Positions 1 through 9,535 of a stretch of 64,000 nucleotides of DNA are shown here, piece after piece; the stretch's first letter is position 1, and each line of letters opens with the position of its first letter. The position numbers and the translations under genes are program-made. Below the pieces are notes generated by a model. It was not told the DNA's origin, ran no database searches, and saw nothing but the letters and a program-made list of their open reading frames with translations. The stretch lies in NCBI GenBank assembly GCA_963786935.1, contig CAWBAN010000003.1:320001-384000 (forward strand), written 5' to 3'. This DNA is from an uncultured bacterium. Its GTDB lineage: Bacteria > Krumholzibacteriota > Krumholzibacteriia > Krumholzibacteriales > Krumholzibacteriaceae.

Positions 1-1
1 C

Positions 2-298
2 CTCGTCGGCCCTCTCACGCGGGAAAAGATCGACGTATTCAAGGCGATGGTCGATTCGGGAGAATTCCAGCAGCCCTACAAGATAACGTGGTGCGGCGTC
101 TACTCGATACCGTTCGGGCTCGGTGTTCTCGAGCGGCTCGCCGCGCGGGAACGGGGGAAGGCGCCCGAGGGTTTCATGCTCGTCTACGGGACGAGCCTCG
201 ATCCGCCGAAGCTTCCCCTCGAGTGCACGGGGCTCGGCGTCACGGCCGTCGCCACGCAGCGCCACTGGGTCGGCTATACGGCAATCGGATACTGGTGA
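2..298 (+). CDS. AmmeMemoRadiSam system protein B / MEMO1-family protein, C-terminal fragment (5' truncated by window)
   Basis: Frame open from base 2. Ends ...ITWCG...YGTS...HWVGYTAIGYW, resembling the MEMO-family C-terminus (CG ... Y.TS ... VGY). Confidence 0.55.
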   Translation, partial: LVGPLTREKIDVFKAMVDSGEFQQPYKITWCGVYSIPFGLGVLERLAARERGKAPEGFMLVYGTSLDPPKLPLECTGLGVTAVATQRHWVGYTAIGYW

Positions 299-315
299 AA
301 AGGAGGTAACGACGG

Positions 316-2337
316 ATGTCCAATCGATCGAAGCTCGCGTTGATGGTTATCGCGCCGGCGCTCCTGATCGCGATTCTCGCGGGGGGCGCCTTCGCGCAGA
401 CGGACGACGAGATCCGCGCGCTCGTCTCGAAGGCGGGTGAGGCGAAGGACTATCCCGAGGCCGGATTCGTGGCGGTGTTCGAGAAGATCGACGTCACGGT
501 CGAGGAGACGGGGCTCGCCCACTACCGCCGCCATACCCTCACGAAGATTCTGACGGACGAGGGCGCTCTGGCGAAGGCGGCGCTCCGGTTCGATTACGAT
601 CCCGCCTCCAACTTCATCGCGATCGAGAGCGCGCGGATATTCCGGAGGGGGGGCGCGGTCGAGACCGTCGATCTCGCGCTCGCGCGGGATCTCTTCGCGC
701 CTGCGTCGATGATCTACTGGGGAGCGCGCATGAAGACGCTGCAGCTTCCCCGGCTCGAGCCCGGCGACGCGGTCGAGGTGAAGACGTACAAGAAAGGATT
801 CGAGATCGCGTACCTCGGGGACGGCGAGGGGAGCGGCACGGGCGGTGCGACGGCGGGCAACGACGAGCGATACATCCCGCCGATGCGGGGCTCGTTCTAC
901 GACGTCGTCTATTTCCAGGACGCCTACCCGATCAAGGCGAAGCGCTACGATCTCCACATGCCGAAGGACAAGCCGGTCCAGTTCCGCGTGTACAACGGCT
1001 CCCTCTATTCGGCGCAGTATTTCGACGAGAAAGGGACGCATTACTCGTGGTGGATCGAGGACGTCCCGGCGCTCGTCGAGGAGCCGCGGAGCGCCGAGGG
1101 TCCCGACGTCATGCCGAAGCTCGTGCTCGCCACCCTCTCGTCGTGGGAGGAGAAATCGAAGTGGTTCGCCGCGATCCACGACACGATCTACAAGGACAAC
1201 GCCGAGATCAAGGCGCTCGTGAAGGATCTCACCGCGGGGCTCACAACGGACGTCGAGAAAGTGGCGGCGCTCCAGCATTGGGCCGCGCAGGAGATCCGAT
1301 ACTCGGGCGTCTCCATGGGCAAGGGAGAAGGCTACACGCACCATCCCGGCACGATGAGCTACCGCGACCGCTGCGGCGTCTGCAAGGACAAGGCGGGGAT
1401 GCTCATCACCCTCATGCGGACCGCGGGCTACGACGTCTGGCCGGCGCTCACGATGGCCGGGGCGCGCGTCGAAGAGGTGCCCGCCGATCAGTTCAACCAC
1501 TCGGTGGTCGCGTGGCGGCACCAGGACGGCTCCTTCACGATGCTCGATCCGACGTGGGTGCCCTATTCGACGGAGCTCTGGAGCTCGGCGGAGCAGGAGC
1601 AGAACTACGTGATCGGGACTCCCGAAGGGGAAGGGCTCATGATCACGCCCTATTCGCCGCCCGAGAATCACGTGCTCAAGGTCGTCTCGCGCGGCGCCGT
1701 CGACAAGGACGGGAACCTCGCGGGGACGCTCCATCTCGAGGCGACGAACTACATGGACCAGCGGATGCGGCGCTGGCTCGGCACGCACCGGCGCGACGAT
1801 CTCCGCGCGTACATCGAGGGTTGGCTCGCCGCGATCTCTCCGGATATCGAAGTGACGAAGTTCGCGATCGGCGATCCGCTCGATTTCAAGAAGCAGTTCG
1901 CGCTCGACGTCGAATACCGCGTGCCGCGGTACGCCGTCGCCGACGGGAAGACGCTCGATTTCGCCTCTCCGGCGTGGAAGCTCGGATTCGGCCGGACGCC
2001 GCTTATCGCGGCGGTCGCGGCGATCGATCTCGAGAAGCGCGAGCTTCCGCTCTTCATCTGGAACACGCAAGCGTACGAATGCGACGAGACCATCAAGCTC
2101 CCCGCCGGCATGGCGGCGCGCGATCTCACGAAGGAATCTTCGAGAACGGGCGAGTACGCCGCCTACCGTATGGAGCGCTCCGCCGGCGGCGCCTCGGTCA
2201 CGAACAAGGGCACGGTGCTCATCAAGCGGAGGATGGTTCCCGCGGGGGACTATCCCGATTTCCGCGCCGCCCTGAAAGAGGCGGGGGATTACGCCACCCG
2301 CAGGGTGATATTCGAGAGAGAGGGGGGATCGCGATGA
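316..2337 (+). CDS. Secreted DUF3857 + transglutaminase-like domain protein
   Basis: AGGAGG RBS, signal peptide, catalytic-triad motifs GVCKDKA, QFNHSVV, LDPT. Confidence 0.85.
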   Translation: MSNRSKLALMVIAPALLIAILAGGAFAQTDDEIRALVSKAGEAKDYPEAGFVAVFEKIDVTVEETGLAHYRRHTLTKILTDEGALAKAALRFDYDPASNFIAIESARIFRRGGAVETVDLALARDLFAPASMIYWGARMKTLQLPRLEPGDAVEVKTYKKGFEIAYLGDGEGSGTGGATAGNDERYIPPMRGSFYDVVYFQDAYPIKAKRYDLHMPKDKPVQFRVYNGSLYSAQYFDEKGTHYSWWIEDVPALVEEPRSAEGPDVMPKLVLATLSSWEEKSKWFAAIHDTIYKDNAEIKALVKDLTAGLTTDVEKVAALQHWAAQEIRYSGVSMGKGEGYTHHPGTMSYRDRCGVCKDKAGMLITLMRTAGYDVWPALTMAGARVEEVPADQFNHSVVAWRHQDGSFTMLDPTWVPYSTELWSSAEQEQNYVIGTPEGEGLMITPYSPPENHVLKVVSRGAVDKDGNLAGTLHLEATNYMDQRMRRWLGTHRRDDLRAYIEGWLAAISPDIEVTKFAIGDPLDFKKQFALDVEYRVPRYAVADGKTLDFASPAWKLGFGRTPLIAAVAAIDLEKRELPLFIWNTQAYECDETIKLPAGMAARDLTKESSRTGEYAAYRMERSAGGASVTNKGTVLIKRRMVPAGDYPDFRAALKEAGDYATRRVIFEREGGSR

Positions 2338-4253
2338 AGCGCTCAATGATGAACGCGACGATCATGGCGATGTTGGCGATCGCCGCCGCGGCGCTGATCG
2401 CGGCCCCGGCATTCGGTTCCGCTCCCGCGCCGGCCGGCTCAGCTCAGGCTCCCGCCGGCGGCACGGGCTGGAAGGAAATGCAGATCCGCTACCGCGACGC
2501 CGACGCGGTCGTGCTGTACGATTCGCTCGTCGTCACGCTCGACGACGCCGGGCGCATTTCGAAGCGCCGGCACATCGCCGCCATGCTCTTCACCGACAAC
2601 GCGATCAACCGCTACGGCGATCCCCGGATACTCTTCGACGCGGCGACGCAGGATCTCACGATTCTCGCCGCGCGCGTCCGCATGCGCGACGGCGCGATCG
2701 TCGACGCGCAGAAGAACGCCCTCAACCGGACGACGCCGTTCGCGCTCGACCTCACGCCCGATTACGCCGACTGGCAGGAGACGGTCGTGACGCTCATGGG
2801 CATCGAGAAGGGATGCGTCGCCGAGCTCCACTACGTGATCGCGGACAAGAATCCGTCGCCGTACCTCTCCGGGGTGGAGGTGTTCGGCGCCGAAGATCCG
2901 ACGGAGGAGCGTGTGCTGGCGGTGAAGCTCCCGGCGGGCCGCCCGCTCAAGTTCGCCGCCCTGCGAGACGAGGCGCCTCCGCCCGATGCGGGCGCCGCGG
3001 GCACGTGGGTCTGGACCGTCAAGAACATTCCGGGGCGCCAGCCGTTCGACGGCGGTGTCTGGGAAGGGGATTATTTCCCGGCCGTGTGCTACAGCACCGC
3101 CGCTGATTGGCGGACCGTTCTCTCGCGGCTCGGCGAGCGCCTCGCGGCCGCTTCGAACGTGGTGCCGGCGGCCGGTGCGTCGATCCAAGAAGCGGTGAGG
3201 GACTGCGGCCCGTCGCACGAAGCGAGGGTGCTCGCCGTGCACCGTCTCGCGATCGGCGCCGTCAGGGGCGTTCGGGCGCCCTATGCGTTTCTCGCCGCGC
3301 CGGCGCGCGACGCCGCCCGCATCTATGACACCGGCTACGCGAGCCCGCTCGATCGGGCCGTGCTCCTCGCCGCGATGCTTCGAACGCTCCAGTACGAGCC
3401 GACGTTCGTCCTCGTCTCGGCCGGAACGGCCGCGGCGGGCGACGTGCCGGCGCCCGAGCTCTTCTCGCGCGTCGCGGTGTCCGTGCCGATGGGGAGCGAG
3501 GGGAATCTGCTCCTCGATCCGGCGGCACCGCTCGAGCACGATCCGTCGTTCTCCCTCGCCGGACGGACGCTCGCGCGCCTCGGCCCGGCGCCTCAGCTCG
3601 AGCGGCTTCCCTCACGGAACGGCGACGAGAGCCGGAGCAGCCTCGTTCTCGATTGCGCCCCGGGTCAGGACGGCGTCCTCGAGGGAAAAGGGACTGCGGT
3701 CATGACGGGCGCATTCTCCCCCTATTACCTTGCGGCTGACGGGGACAACGGCCTCGCGGACTACGTGGAGAAGCGCGTTTCGAGCCTCTTCGGCGGCGCG
3801 AAGCTCGTCTCGTGGAATCCGCGCACGATCGGCCGGGACCGGGTCGACGTCAATTTCACATTCACCGCGGCATTGCCCGAAATAAAGAAGGGGGAGCGAG
3901 TCTATCTCGCGATGCCGAGACCTTTCGATTCGCAGCTTTCCGGCATCGATCGAGCGCAGGTCTGGCGCTCGGGGATCGGGGACGCGATCCGGATCGAGCC
4001 GTCCTCTCTCGACGTCGATTGCACGATCAGGCTGCCCGAAGGGTGGAAACGGGTCGCCGATAGTTCCTCGGCTCGCGAGCAAAACGGCATCGGATCGACC
4101 GAAGTTCTTTCAACACAGGCGGCCGACGGGGCGCTGGGCTTCCAGAGCGGGCTCAGGCTCGAGACCGGGCGTGTCGATCCCGCGTCATACGGGGATTTCA
4201 GGGCGCTCCTGCGCGTGTACGGTCAGGATCGCATCGTGATCGAGAAGAAGTAG
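2334..4253 (+). CDS. Secreted DUF3857 protein with degenerate transglutaminase-like domain
   Basis: ATGA overlap with upstream stop, signal peptide, DADAVVLYD start of DUF3857. GYASPLDRAVLL in place of the Cys motif; LLDP retained. Confidence 0.75.
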   Translation: MKRSMMNATIMAMLAIAAAALIAAPAFGSAPAPAGSAQAPAGGTGWKEMQIRYRDADAVVLYDSLVVTLDDAGRISKRRHIAAMLFTDNAINRYGDPRILFDAATQDLTILAARVRMRDGAIVDAQKNALNRTTPFALDLTPDYADWQETVVTLMGIEKGCVAELHYVIADKNPSPYLSGVEVFGAEDPTEERVLAVKLPAGRPLKFAALRDEAPPPDAGAAGTWVWTVKNIPGRQPFDGGVWEGDYFPAVCYSTAADWRTVLSRLGERLAAASNVVPAAGASIQEAVRDCGPSHEARVLAVHRLAIGAVRGVRAPYAFLAAPARDAARIYDTGYASPLDRAVLLAAMLRTLQYEPTFVLVSAGTAAAGDVPAPELFSRVAVSVPMGSEGNLLLDPAAPLEHDPSFSLAGRTLARLGPAPQLERLPSRNGDESRSSLVLDCAPGQDGVLEGKGTAVMTGAFSPYYLAADGDNGLADYVEKRVSSLFGGAKLVSWNPRTIGRDRVDVNFTFTAALPEIKKGERVYLAMPRPFDSQLSGIDRAQVWRSGIGDAIRIEPSSLDVDCTIRLPEGWKRVADSSSAREQNGIGSTEVLSTQAADGALGFQSGLRLETGRVDPASYGDFRALLRVYGQDRIVIEKK

Positions 4254-4255
4254 CG

Positions 4256-4347
4256 GGGCGGGATTCCGCCCGATTGATGAAGCGACCGGCGCCGCGGGCG
4301 GCGCCGGTTCGAAAAGGTGAATGACGGGCCGCGGGGCCCGTCATTCG
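4256..4347. terminator. Cluster of three short hairpins between convergent genes
   Basis: gggcgg/ccgccc, accggcgccgc/gcggcgccggt and gaatgacgggcc/ggcccgtcattc inverted repeats. Confidence 0.5.
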
Positions 4348-4379
4348 TTCTGCGCGAGGAGGGGGTCTTCGCGCGAGCG

Positions 4380-4727
4380 TTACGCCGGGTTGAGCTCGAT
4401 CGAATCGCCGATCCCCGTATCGCTGTCGCGCAGCGTGTTCGGCGGAAACTCCACGGCGCTCACCGCGCCGTGAGACGAATCGGCGATGCAATCGGGCGGG
4501 AAGTTCTTGAACATCGTCACGACGTGCCCGTGCTGGTTGAGGAACGCGATATCGACCGGGTTCTTCATGCCGACGGTGTAAATGGCCCGGCACGGCGCGA
4601 TCCAGAGCGCGCAATTCCGCGGGATTCCGCGGCTGTTCAAATACCGCAGCGTCTGGATGCAGTTCGCGTTCAGCGTCATGAGATGCTTGGCGATCATCGT
4701 TCCGCGCGTCTTGTTGACGACACACAT
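4380..4727 (-). CDS. DUF192 family protein
   Basis: LWIAPCRAIYTVGMKNPVDIAFLN...SAVEFP...GIGD matches the DUF192 pattern. Confidence 0.75.
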   Translation of the reverse strand: MCVVNKTRGTMIAKHLMTLNANCIQTLRYLNSRGIPRNCALWIAPCRAIYTVGMKNPVDIAFLNQHGHVVTMFKNFPPDCIADSSHGAVSAVEFPPNTLRDSDTGIGDSIELNPA

Positions 4728-4739
4728 GGCGTATTCCCC

Positions 4740-5330
4740 CTAGAGCGAAACACCGATCATGAGAACCACGAGCGTCGCGATCGCGAGCTTGGCGCACCAG
4801 GGGAGGATGTCCCCGCGCCCGAAGCGCTCGCGCGCCGGATCGTCGGCCGCGGCGGATTCGTGGCCGTCCGCCGCCGCTGAATCGATGCCGTCCGTCCGCA
4901 ACATCCGCATCGTCTCGATTTCGACGAGGGCCGATTGCTCGTCGAACGCGAGAAGGCGCGTCCCGCCGGGGCCCGCGGCCTGGGCGGCGGGCGGCGCCGG
5001 CTCGATCCTGAACATCCTCTGGACGGAGAGCAGCGCGGTCGCGATGCAGAAGGCGATCGCGTACTGAACGGCGCCGAGGATGCCCCCGAGCGCCATCGAC
5101 ACGATGACGTCCTCGCGCGAAACGAATCCGAGAATCGAGAGGGGCAGCGTGAGGAAGAGGGCCGCGGAAGCACCGACGAGCGAATAGATGCATCCCGCGA
5201 CGCCGCCCGTGAGGCCGAGCACGATCGGCGCGGCGACGAGAGCGGCGAGGCCGAACAGAACCTGGAATCTCCTTCGCTCCATCGCGTAGAAGGCGATCGT
5301 TATGAACATCGCGGTGATGATGCCGTACAT
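4740..5330 (-). CDS. A24 prepilin-peptidase-like membrane protein (degenerate)
   Basis: Several TM helices. LGFVSREDVIVSMALGGILG resembles the GxxGGGDVK..A.G..LG motif; C-terminal LPW...AIA. Start chosen from RBS agaagga. Confidence 0.5.
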   Translation of the reverse strand: MYGIITAMFITIAFYAMERRRFQVLFGLAALVAAPIVLGLTGGVAGCIYSLVGASAALFLTLPLSILGFVSREDVIVSMALGGILGAVQYAIAFCIATALLSVQRMFRIEPAPPAAQAAGPGGTRLLAFDEQSALVEIETMRMLRTDGIDSAAADGHESAAADDPARERFGRGDILPWCAKLAIATLVVLMIGVSL

Positions 5331-5683
5331 CGTCCTTCTCGACCTTTCTTGTCGTCTCGCAATCACTCCAATACACAAGGAGCGTTCCATCGCCGCGCCC
5401 GGCGCCGTCGCGCGCGGCATGTACCTCTCCCGCTGGAGCAAAATGATGTGCAATGTATTTATTTGTAATAAGTTGTCTTGAGCTCTGAAAAGCGTGGCAC
5501 GCGCGCGCCCGTGCGCCGCGCGCCGGATGCGCAGCGGCCGGCCCTGCATTTTCGGGGATAATTACCCAATCGGCGCGGCTGAAAAGCCGCTGCTGCGTCC
5601 TTTTCCGTGGGACATCGTTTTGCGGGCGCGGCGCTTCCCGGGAATGCCTCGTCGTTCATCGAGCCTTCCCGTCGTTTCCCGGA

Positions 5684-6763
5684 CTACCGCGGGATTTTCG
5701 ATTTGAGAGCGAGGAAAGCCTCCTCGACGGCGCGCATGTTTTTCTTCCAGAGCCCGCGCTCGTTGACGACGAGGATGTTCGTCTCGCGCGCGGAGGTTCT
5801 GAAGACGGCGTTGTCGAGCGTTTCGATGACGGCGCCGGCGAGCGAGGCCGCGTCGCCGTTTCGGACGATGCGGCCATTCTCTCCGTCCCTGATCCATTCG
5901 CGGTTCGCGGGAAGATCGGTCACGACGGGCACGGCGCCGCACGCCATCGCCTCGATGAGCGAGACGGACGTCGAGTCCGATTTCGACGTCGACGCGTAGA
6001 CGTCGGCGGCGCGGAGCTCGCGGGCGATGCCCTCGGGGTCGAGCCGTCCCTTGAACACGAAGCATCCCTCGAGGGAAAAGCGTTTCACCTTCTCCTCGAG
6101 GCGCGCGCGCTCCGGGCCGTCCCCGCAGACGACGAAGTGCGCGTCGATTCTCCGGCGGACGATCGGAGCAGCGTCGACGAGCAGCTCGACGTTGTAAATC
6201 GGATGGAGGTTTCGCGTGCTCACGACGCGCATGCCGCCTCCCGGCCGCGTCCGGTCGGGCGCGCTCTTTCGCGGGAAGAACACGCGCTCGTCGATTCCCA
6301 TATACGTCTTGAGGATCTTCGCCGGGCTCGCGCCCGCGGCGATCGCGACGCGCGAGAGCTCGTCGGCGTCCGTGAGGACGAGATCGGCCTGCCGCAGCAC
6401 GGAGCGGATCTGGAGCCGGTGCACGAGAGACGAGGGATAATCGACGAGGAGATCCGAGCCGAGGCTCGTGACGACGAGGGGGCGGAATCCGCTCCGCGCG
6501 GCGACGAAGCCGTAGCCGCCGACGTACAGCGCGTTCACGATCTCGGGGCGGAAGCGCGCGAGCTCTTTCCGGATGGCGCCGAGCGCCGAGAGGTAGCCGA
6601 GGAGCTTCGTCGGCAGACGGCTCTTGAGCCGCCGCGCCGGAACGGCGCAGCCGTCGACGCTCTCGAACGAGAGGAGGAGGGTTTCGTGGCCCCGTTCGTG
6701 GAAATACCCCGCCCACCGTCTCACGTGGTTCAGCGAACCGTCTCCGAGAAACGCGATACGCAC
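5684..6763 (-). CDS. Glycosyltransferase family 4 (GT-B)
   Basis: HVRRW, LGSDLL, SVSLIEAMACGAVPVVTD motifs. Confidence 0.9.
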   Translation of the reverse strand: MRIAFLGDGSLNHVRRWAGYFHERGHETLLLSFESVDGCAVPARRLKSRLPTKLLGYLSALGAIRKELARFRPEIVNALYVGGYGFVAARSGFRPLVVTSLGSDLLVDYPSSLVHRLQIRSVLRQADLVLTDADELSRVAIAAGASPAKILKTYMGIDERVFFPRKSAPDRTRPGGGMRVVSTRNLHPIYNVELLVDAAPIVRRRIDAHFVVCGDGPERARLEEKVKRFSLEGCFVFKGRLDPEGIARELRAADVYASTSKSDSTSVSLIEAMACGAVPVVTDLPANREWIRDGENGRIVRNGDAASLAGAVIETLDNAVFRTSARETNILVVNERGLWKKNMRAVEEAFLALKSKIPR

Positions 6764-6992
6764 GTCCCGCTCCTTTGCGCCTGCGCCCCGCGCGCCGGGC
6801 CGAATCCGTCACCCGCTCGCCGGCGCGCCCCTGCGCCGCTCGAAATGTATCACACGCCGGGACAATTTTCTTGAAGAATTCGGCCGCGTGATTCAGAATC
6901 GACCGGTGCGCGCGGGCGGCGCCGCCGCATCGGAGCGCGTGAATCCGCCCGCAGCCGCATACGATTCAATATTCAATCAAGGAGGCCCGTCG

Positions 6993-8021
6993 ATGTTCGG
7001 GAATCTCGGGACCGTGAGGAATCTCCCCGCCACGCTGTCGGTGTGTCTCGCCGCGATCTGCGCCTCGGCGCTTCTCGCGCCCGGCGCGCAGGGGCTCGCG
7101 CCGTCGGGCGAGCGGCCGGTTCATACCTATTCGATCGTGGCCCGCGATTCGGTGACGGGGGATATGGGGGTCGCGGTCCAGTCCCACTGGTTTTCCGTCG
7201 GGCCGGTCGTGCCGTGGGCGCGCTCCGGCGTCGGCGCCGTGGCGACGCAGAGCCTCGTGCTCAAGTCGTACGGGCCGCTCGGCCTCGACCTCATGGACGA
7301 GGGGATGAGCGCGCGTGAGGCGCTCGAGAAGCTCGTCGAGGAGGACGCACATTCGGCCGTGCGGCAGGTGGCGATGGTGGACGGCGAGGGGAACGTCGCG
7401 GCGCACACGGGGGATTCGTGTATCGCGCACGCGTCGCACCGCACGGGGAAGGGCTATTCGGTCCAGGCGAACATGATGCTCACCGACACGGTCGTGCCCG
7501 CCATGGCGGCGGCGTACGAGACGGCGCAGGGGGATCTCGCCGATCGGCTGCTCGCGGCCCTCGAAGCGGCGCAGCGGGCCGGCGGCGACATCAGGGGAAG
7601 CCAGTCCGCGGCGATTCTCATCGTGCGGGGGGCGGCGAGCGACGAGCCGTGGAACGACGTCATCATGGATCTCCGCGTCGAGGACGCGCCGCGGCCCCTC
7701 GAGGAGCTCGCGCGCCTCGTCAAGCTGCAGCGCGCGTACGACTACGAGAACCTCGGCGACGAGGCGATGGCCGAGGGGAACCTGAATGATGCGATGGAGG
7801 CGTACGGGGAGGCGGCGAAGCTCGCGCCCGACAACCTCGAGCTCGCCTTCTGGCAGGGCGTTTCTCTCATCAACGTCGGCCGCGACGACGAGGGCGTCAA
7901 GATCATCAAGGCGGTCGTCGAGCGGGACGCGAACTGGAAGGAGCTGCTGCGGAGGCTCCCGGCCGCGGGGCTCCTCTCGGTGGACGCGGAGCGGCTCGAA
8001 AAGATCCTTTTAGCTCTGTAA
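6993..8021 (+). CDS. DUF1028 (Ntn-hydrolase-like) protein with C-terminal TPR-like helices
   Basis: Signal peptide then TYSIVARD...GVAVQSHWFSVG, GVGAVATQS, GGDIRG.QSAA, DLRVED; GGAGG RBS. Confidence 0.9.
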   Translation: MFGNLGTVRNLPATLSVCLAAICASALLAPGAQGLAPSGERPVHTYSIVARDSVTGDMGVAVQSHWFSVGPVVPWARSGVGAVATQSLVLKSYGPLGLDLMDEGMSAREALEKLVEEDAHSAVRQVAMVDGEGNVAAHTGDSCIAHASHRTGKGYSVQANMMLTDTVVPAMAAAYETAQGDLADRLLAALEAAQRAGGDIRGSQSAAILIVRGAASDEPWNDVIMDLRVEDAPRPLEELARLVKLQRAYDYENLGDEAMAEGNLNDAMEAYGEAAKLAPDNLELAFWQGVSLINVGRDDEGVKIIKAVVERDANWKELLRRLPAAGLLSVDAERLEKILLAL

Positions 8022-8095
8022 AAGTCGCCCAATTTGCCGTATAATATAGGCAGATTGAATCACCATCCATTATCGACGGCGCGGGAGGTCCCGGC

Positions 8096-8740
8096 ATGCG
8101 TGTAGTTATAGCGCTTTGCGCTGCGCTGATGATCGCATCCGCGGCGGGCGCGGACGATTGCGATTACAACTCGGCGGGTTTGAGCTGCGCGAGCATGAAG
8201 ATCACGATTTGCCCGCGCGGCGATTTCGAGCAGATACGAAACGGCTGCGGCGGCTCGAACGACTACATCTGGATCGAGGCGCGGGACTGCGCCCAACAGC
8301 CGATTCCCGGCATCCCCTGGACCGATTACTGGATCGGGGCGTGTACCCCGGCGCAGGCGCTCTTTTACTGCGTGGAGCCGATCGCAGCCGATTCGCTGAC
8401 CGGCGTGGACGGCCGGACGACCTTCTCCGGCGTCATCAGGGCGGGAGGGTGCGTTCTAACAGGGGGCGTTTGGATCGCGATTCAGGGCAAGGTTATCAGG
8501 AACCCCCCCTGGGCCACTCTGTGCCTCGGCATCATCATCAAGGGTCCCGACCTCACTGGCTCGGGAGGGGCGCCGGACGGTTTCGTCAACCTGTCCGATC
8601 TCGTCCCCTTTGGCACGAGCTACAACAAGAACCTGGGTCATGGCGGCTACAACGCCTGCTGCGATTTCAACGACGACGATAAATGCAACTTGAGCGACTT
8701 CGCCTTTTTCGGCCAGCACTATCAGCACTCGTGCATGTGA
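8096..8740 (+). CDS. Cys-rich secreted protein with dockerin/EF-hand-like C-terminus (paralogue 1)
   Basis: GGAGG RBS, signal peptide, PDLTG...DGFVNLSDL and CDFNDDDKCNLSDF loops. Confidence 0.75.
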   Translation: MRVVIALCAALMIASAAGADDCDYNSAGLSCASMKITICPRGDFEQIRNGCGGSNDYIWIEARDCAQQPIPGIPWTDYWIGACTPAQALFYCVEPIAADSLTGVDGRTTFSGVIRAGGCVLTGGVWIAIQGKVIRNPPWATLCLGIIIKGPDLTGSGGAPDGFVNLSDLVPFGTSYNKNLGHGGYNACCDFNDDDKCNLSDFAFFGQHYQHSCM

Positions 8741-8809
8741 CGTGACGCCGGCGGCCGGCGCCGGGAAGCCCCTGTGAAATCGGGAACGCCCCTGGGGAAG
8801 GAAGACACC

Positions 8810-9472
8810 GTGTTCATACGAGTCATGCTCATGGTGATGGCGGCGATATCCATGATCGCGCCCGCTTCGCAGGCAGGCGATGGCTTCCAATGCTTGTACT
8901 GCTCGACGGGATTGAGCTGTCCGGGAATGAAAATCACCGTCTGCCCTCAGGGCGATTTCGAGCCGATCCGGAAAGGCTGCGGCGGCACGGGCGACTACAT
9001 CTGGGTCGAAATCCGCGACGACTACCCGAACCGCCCGATTCCCGGCATTCCGTGGACCGACTTTTGGTTCGATTCGTGTGATGCTTGGCAGAATGTCTAT
9101 ATGTGCACGGGGATGATCGTTGCCGACTCTCTGACGGGCGCGAACGGTCGAACCACGTTCTCGGGTCTCTTCGAGGCAGGAGGATGCACCCTCAGCGGGG
9201 GGATAGCGATACGCTATCTTGGCGTGCCGATCCCGGGCGGCTGGGCGGACACGTGCCTACCTATCGTTATCAAGAGTCCTGACATGACCGGCGCTGGAGG
9301 CTATCCCGACGGCATCGTCAATCTTTCCGATCTTGTGCCGTTCGGCTTCGGTTACAATAAAAACCTGGGTCAGGCCGGTTACAGAGCCTGCTGCGATTAC
9401 AACGACGACGACAAGTGCAACCTGAGCGACTTCGCGTTCTTCGGGACGCACTATCAGCACCGGTGCATGTGA
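8810..9472 (+). CDS. Cys-rich secreted protein with dockerin/EF-hand-like C-terminus (paralogue 2)
   Basis: Colinear homologue of paralogue 1; GTG start after gaaggaag (start uncertain). Confidence 0.75.
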   Translation: MFIRVMLMVMAAISMIAPASQAGDGFQCLYCSTGLSCPGMKITVCPQGDFEPIRKGCGGTGDYIWVEIRDDYPNRPIPGIPWTDFWFDSCDAWQNVYMCTGMIVADSLTGANGRTTFSGLFEAGGCTLSGGIAIRYLGVPIPGGWADTCLPIVIKSPDMTGAGGYPDGIVNLSDLVPFGFGYNKNLGQAGYRACCDYNDDDKCNLSDFAFFGTHYQHRCM

Positions 9473-9535
9473 CGCGGCGCCGACGGGCCACTGAAAACGC
9501 CCATGAGAAGCCCCTGGGAAGGGAACACGGTTCTT

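Noticed and set aside
1047..2333. 1068-aa ORF extending the second DUF3857 gene upstream
   Set aside because: Overlaps the first gene out of frame; the signal peptide and ATGA coupling place the start at 2334
5440..5510. Possible sigma-54 promoter (TGGCAC) and AT-rich tract upstream of the A24-like gene
   Set aside because: No GG-N10-GC spacing on either strand
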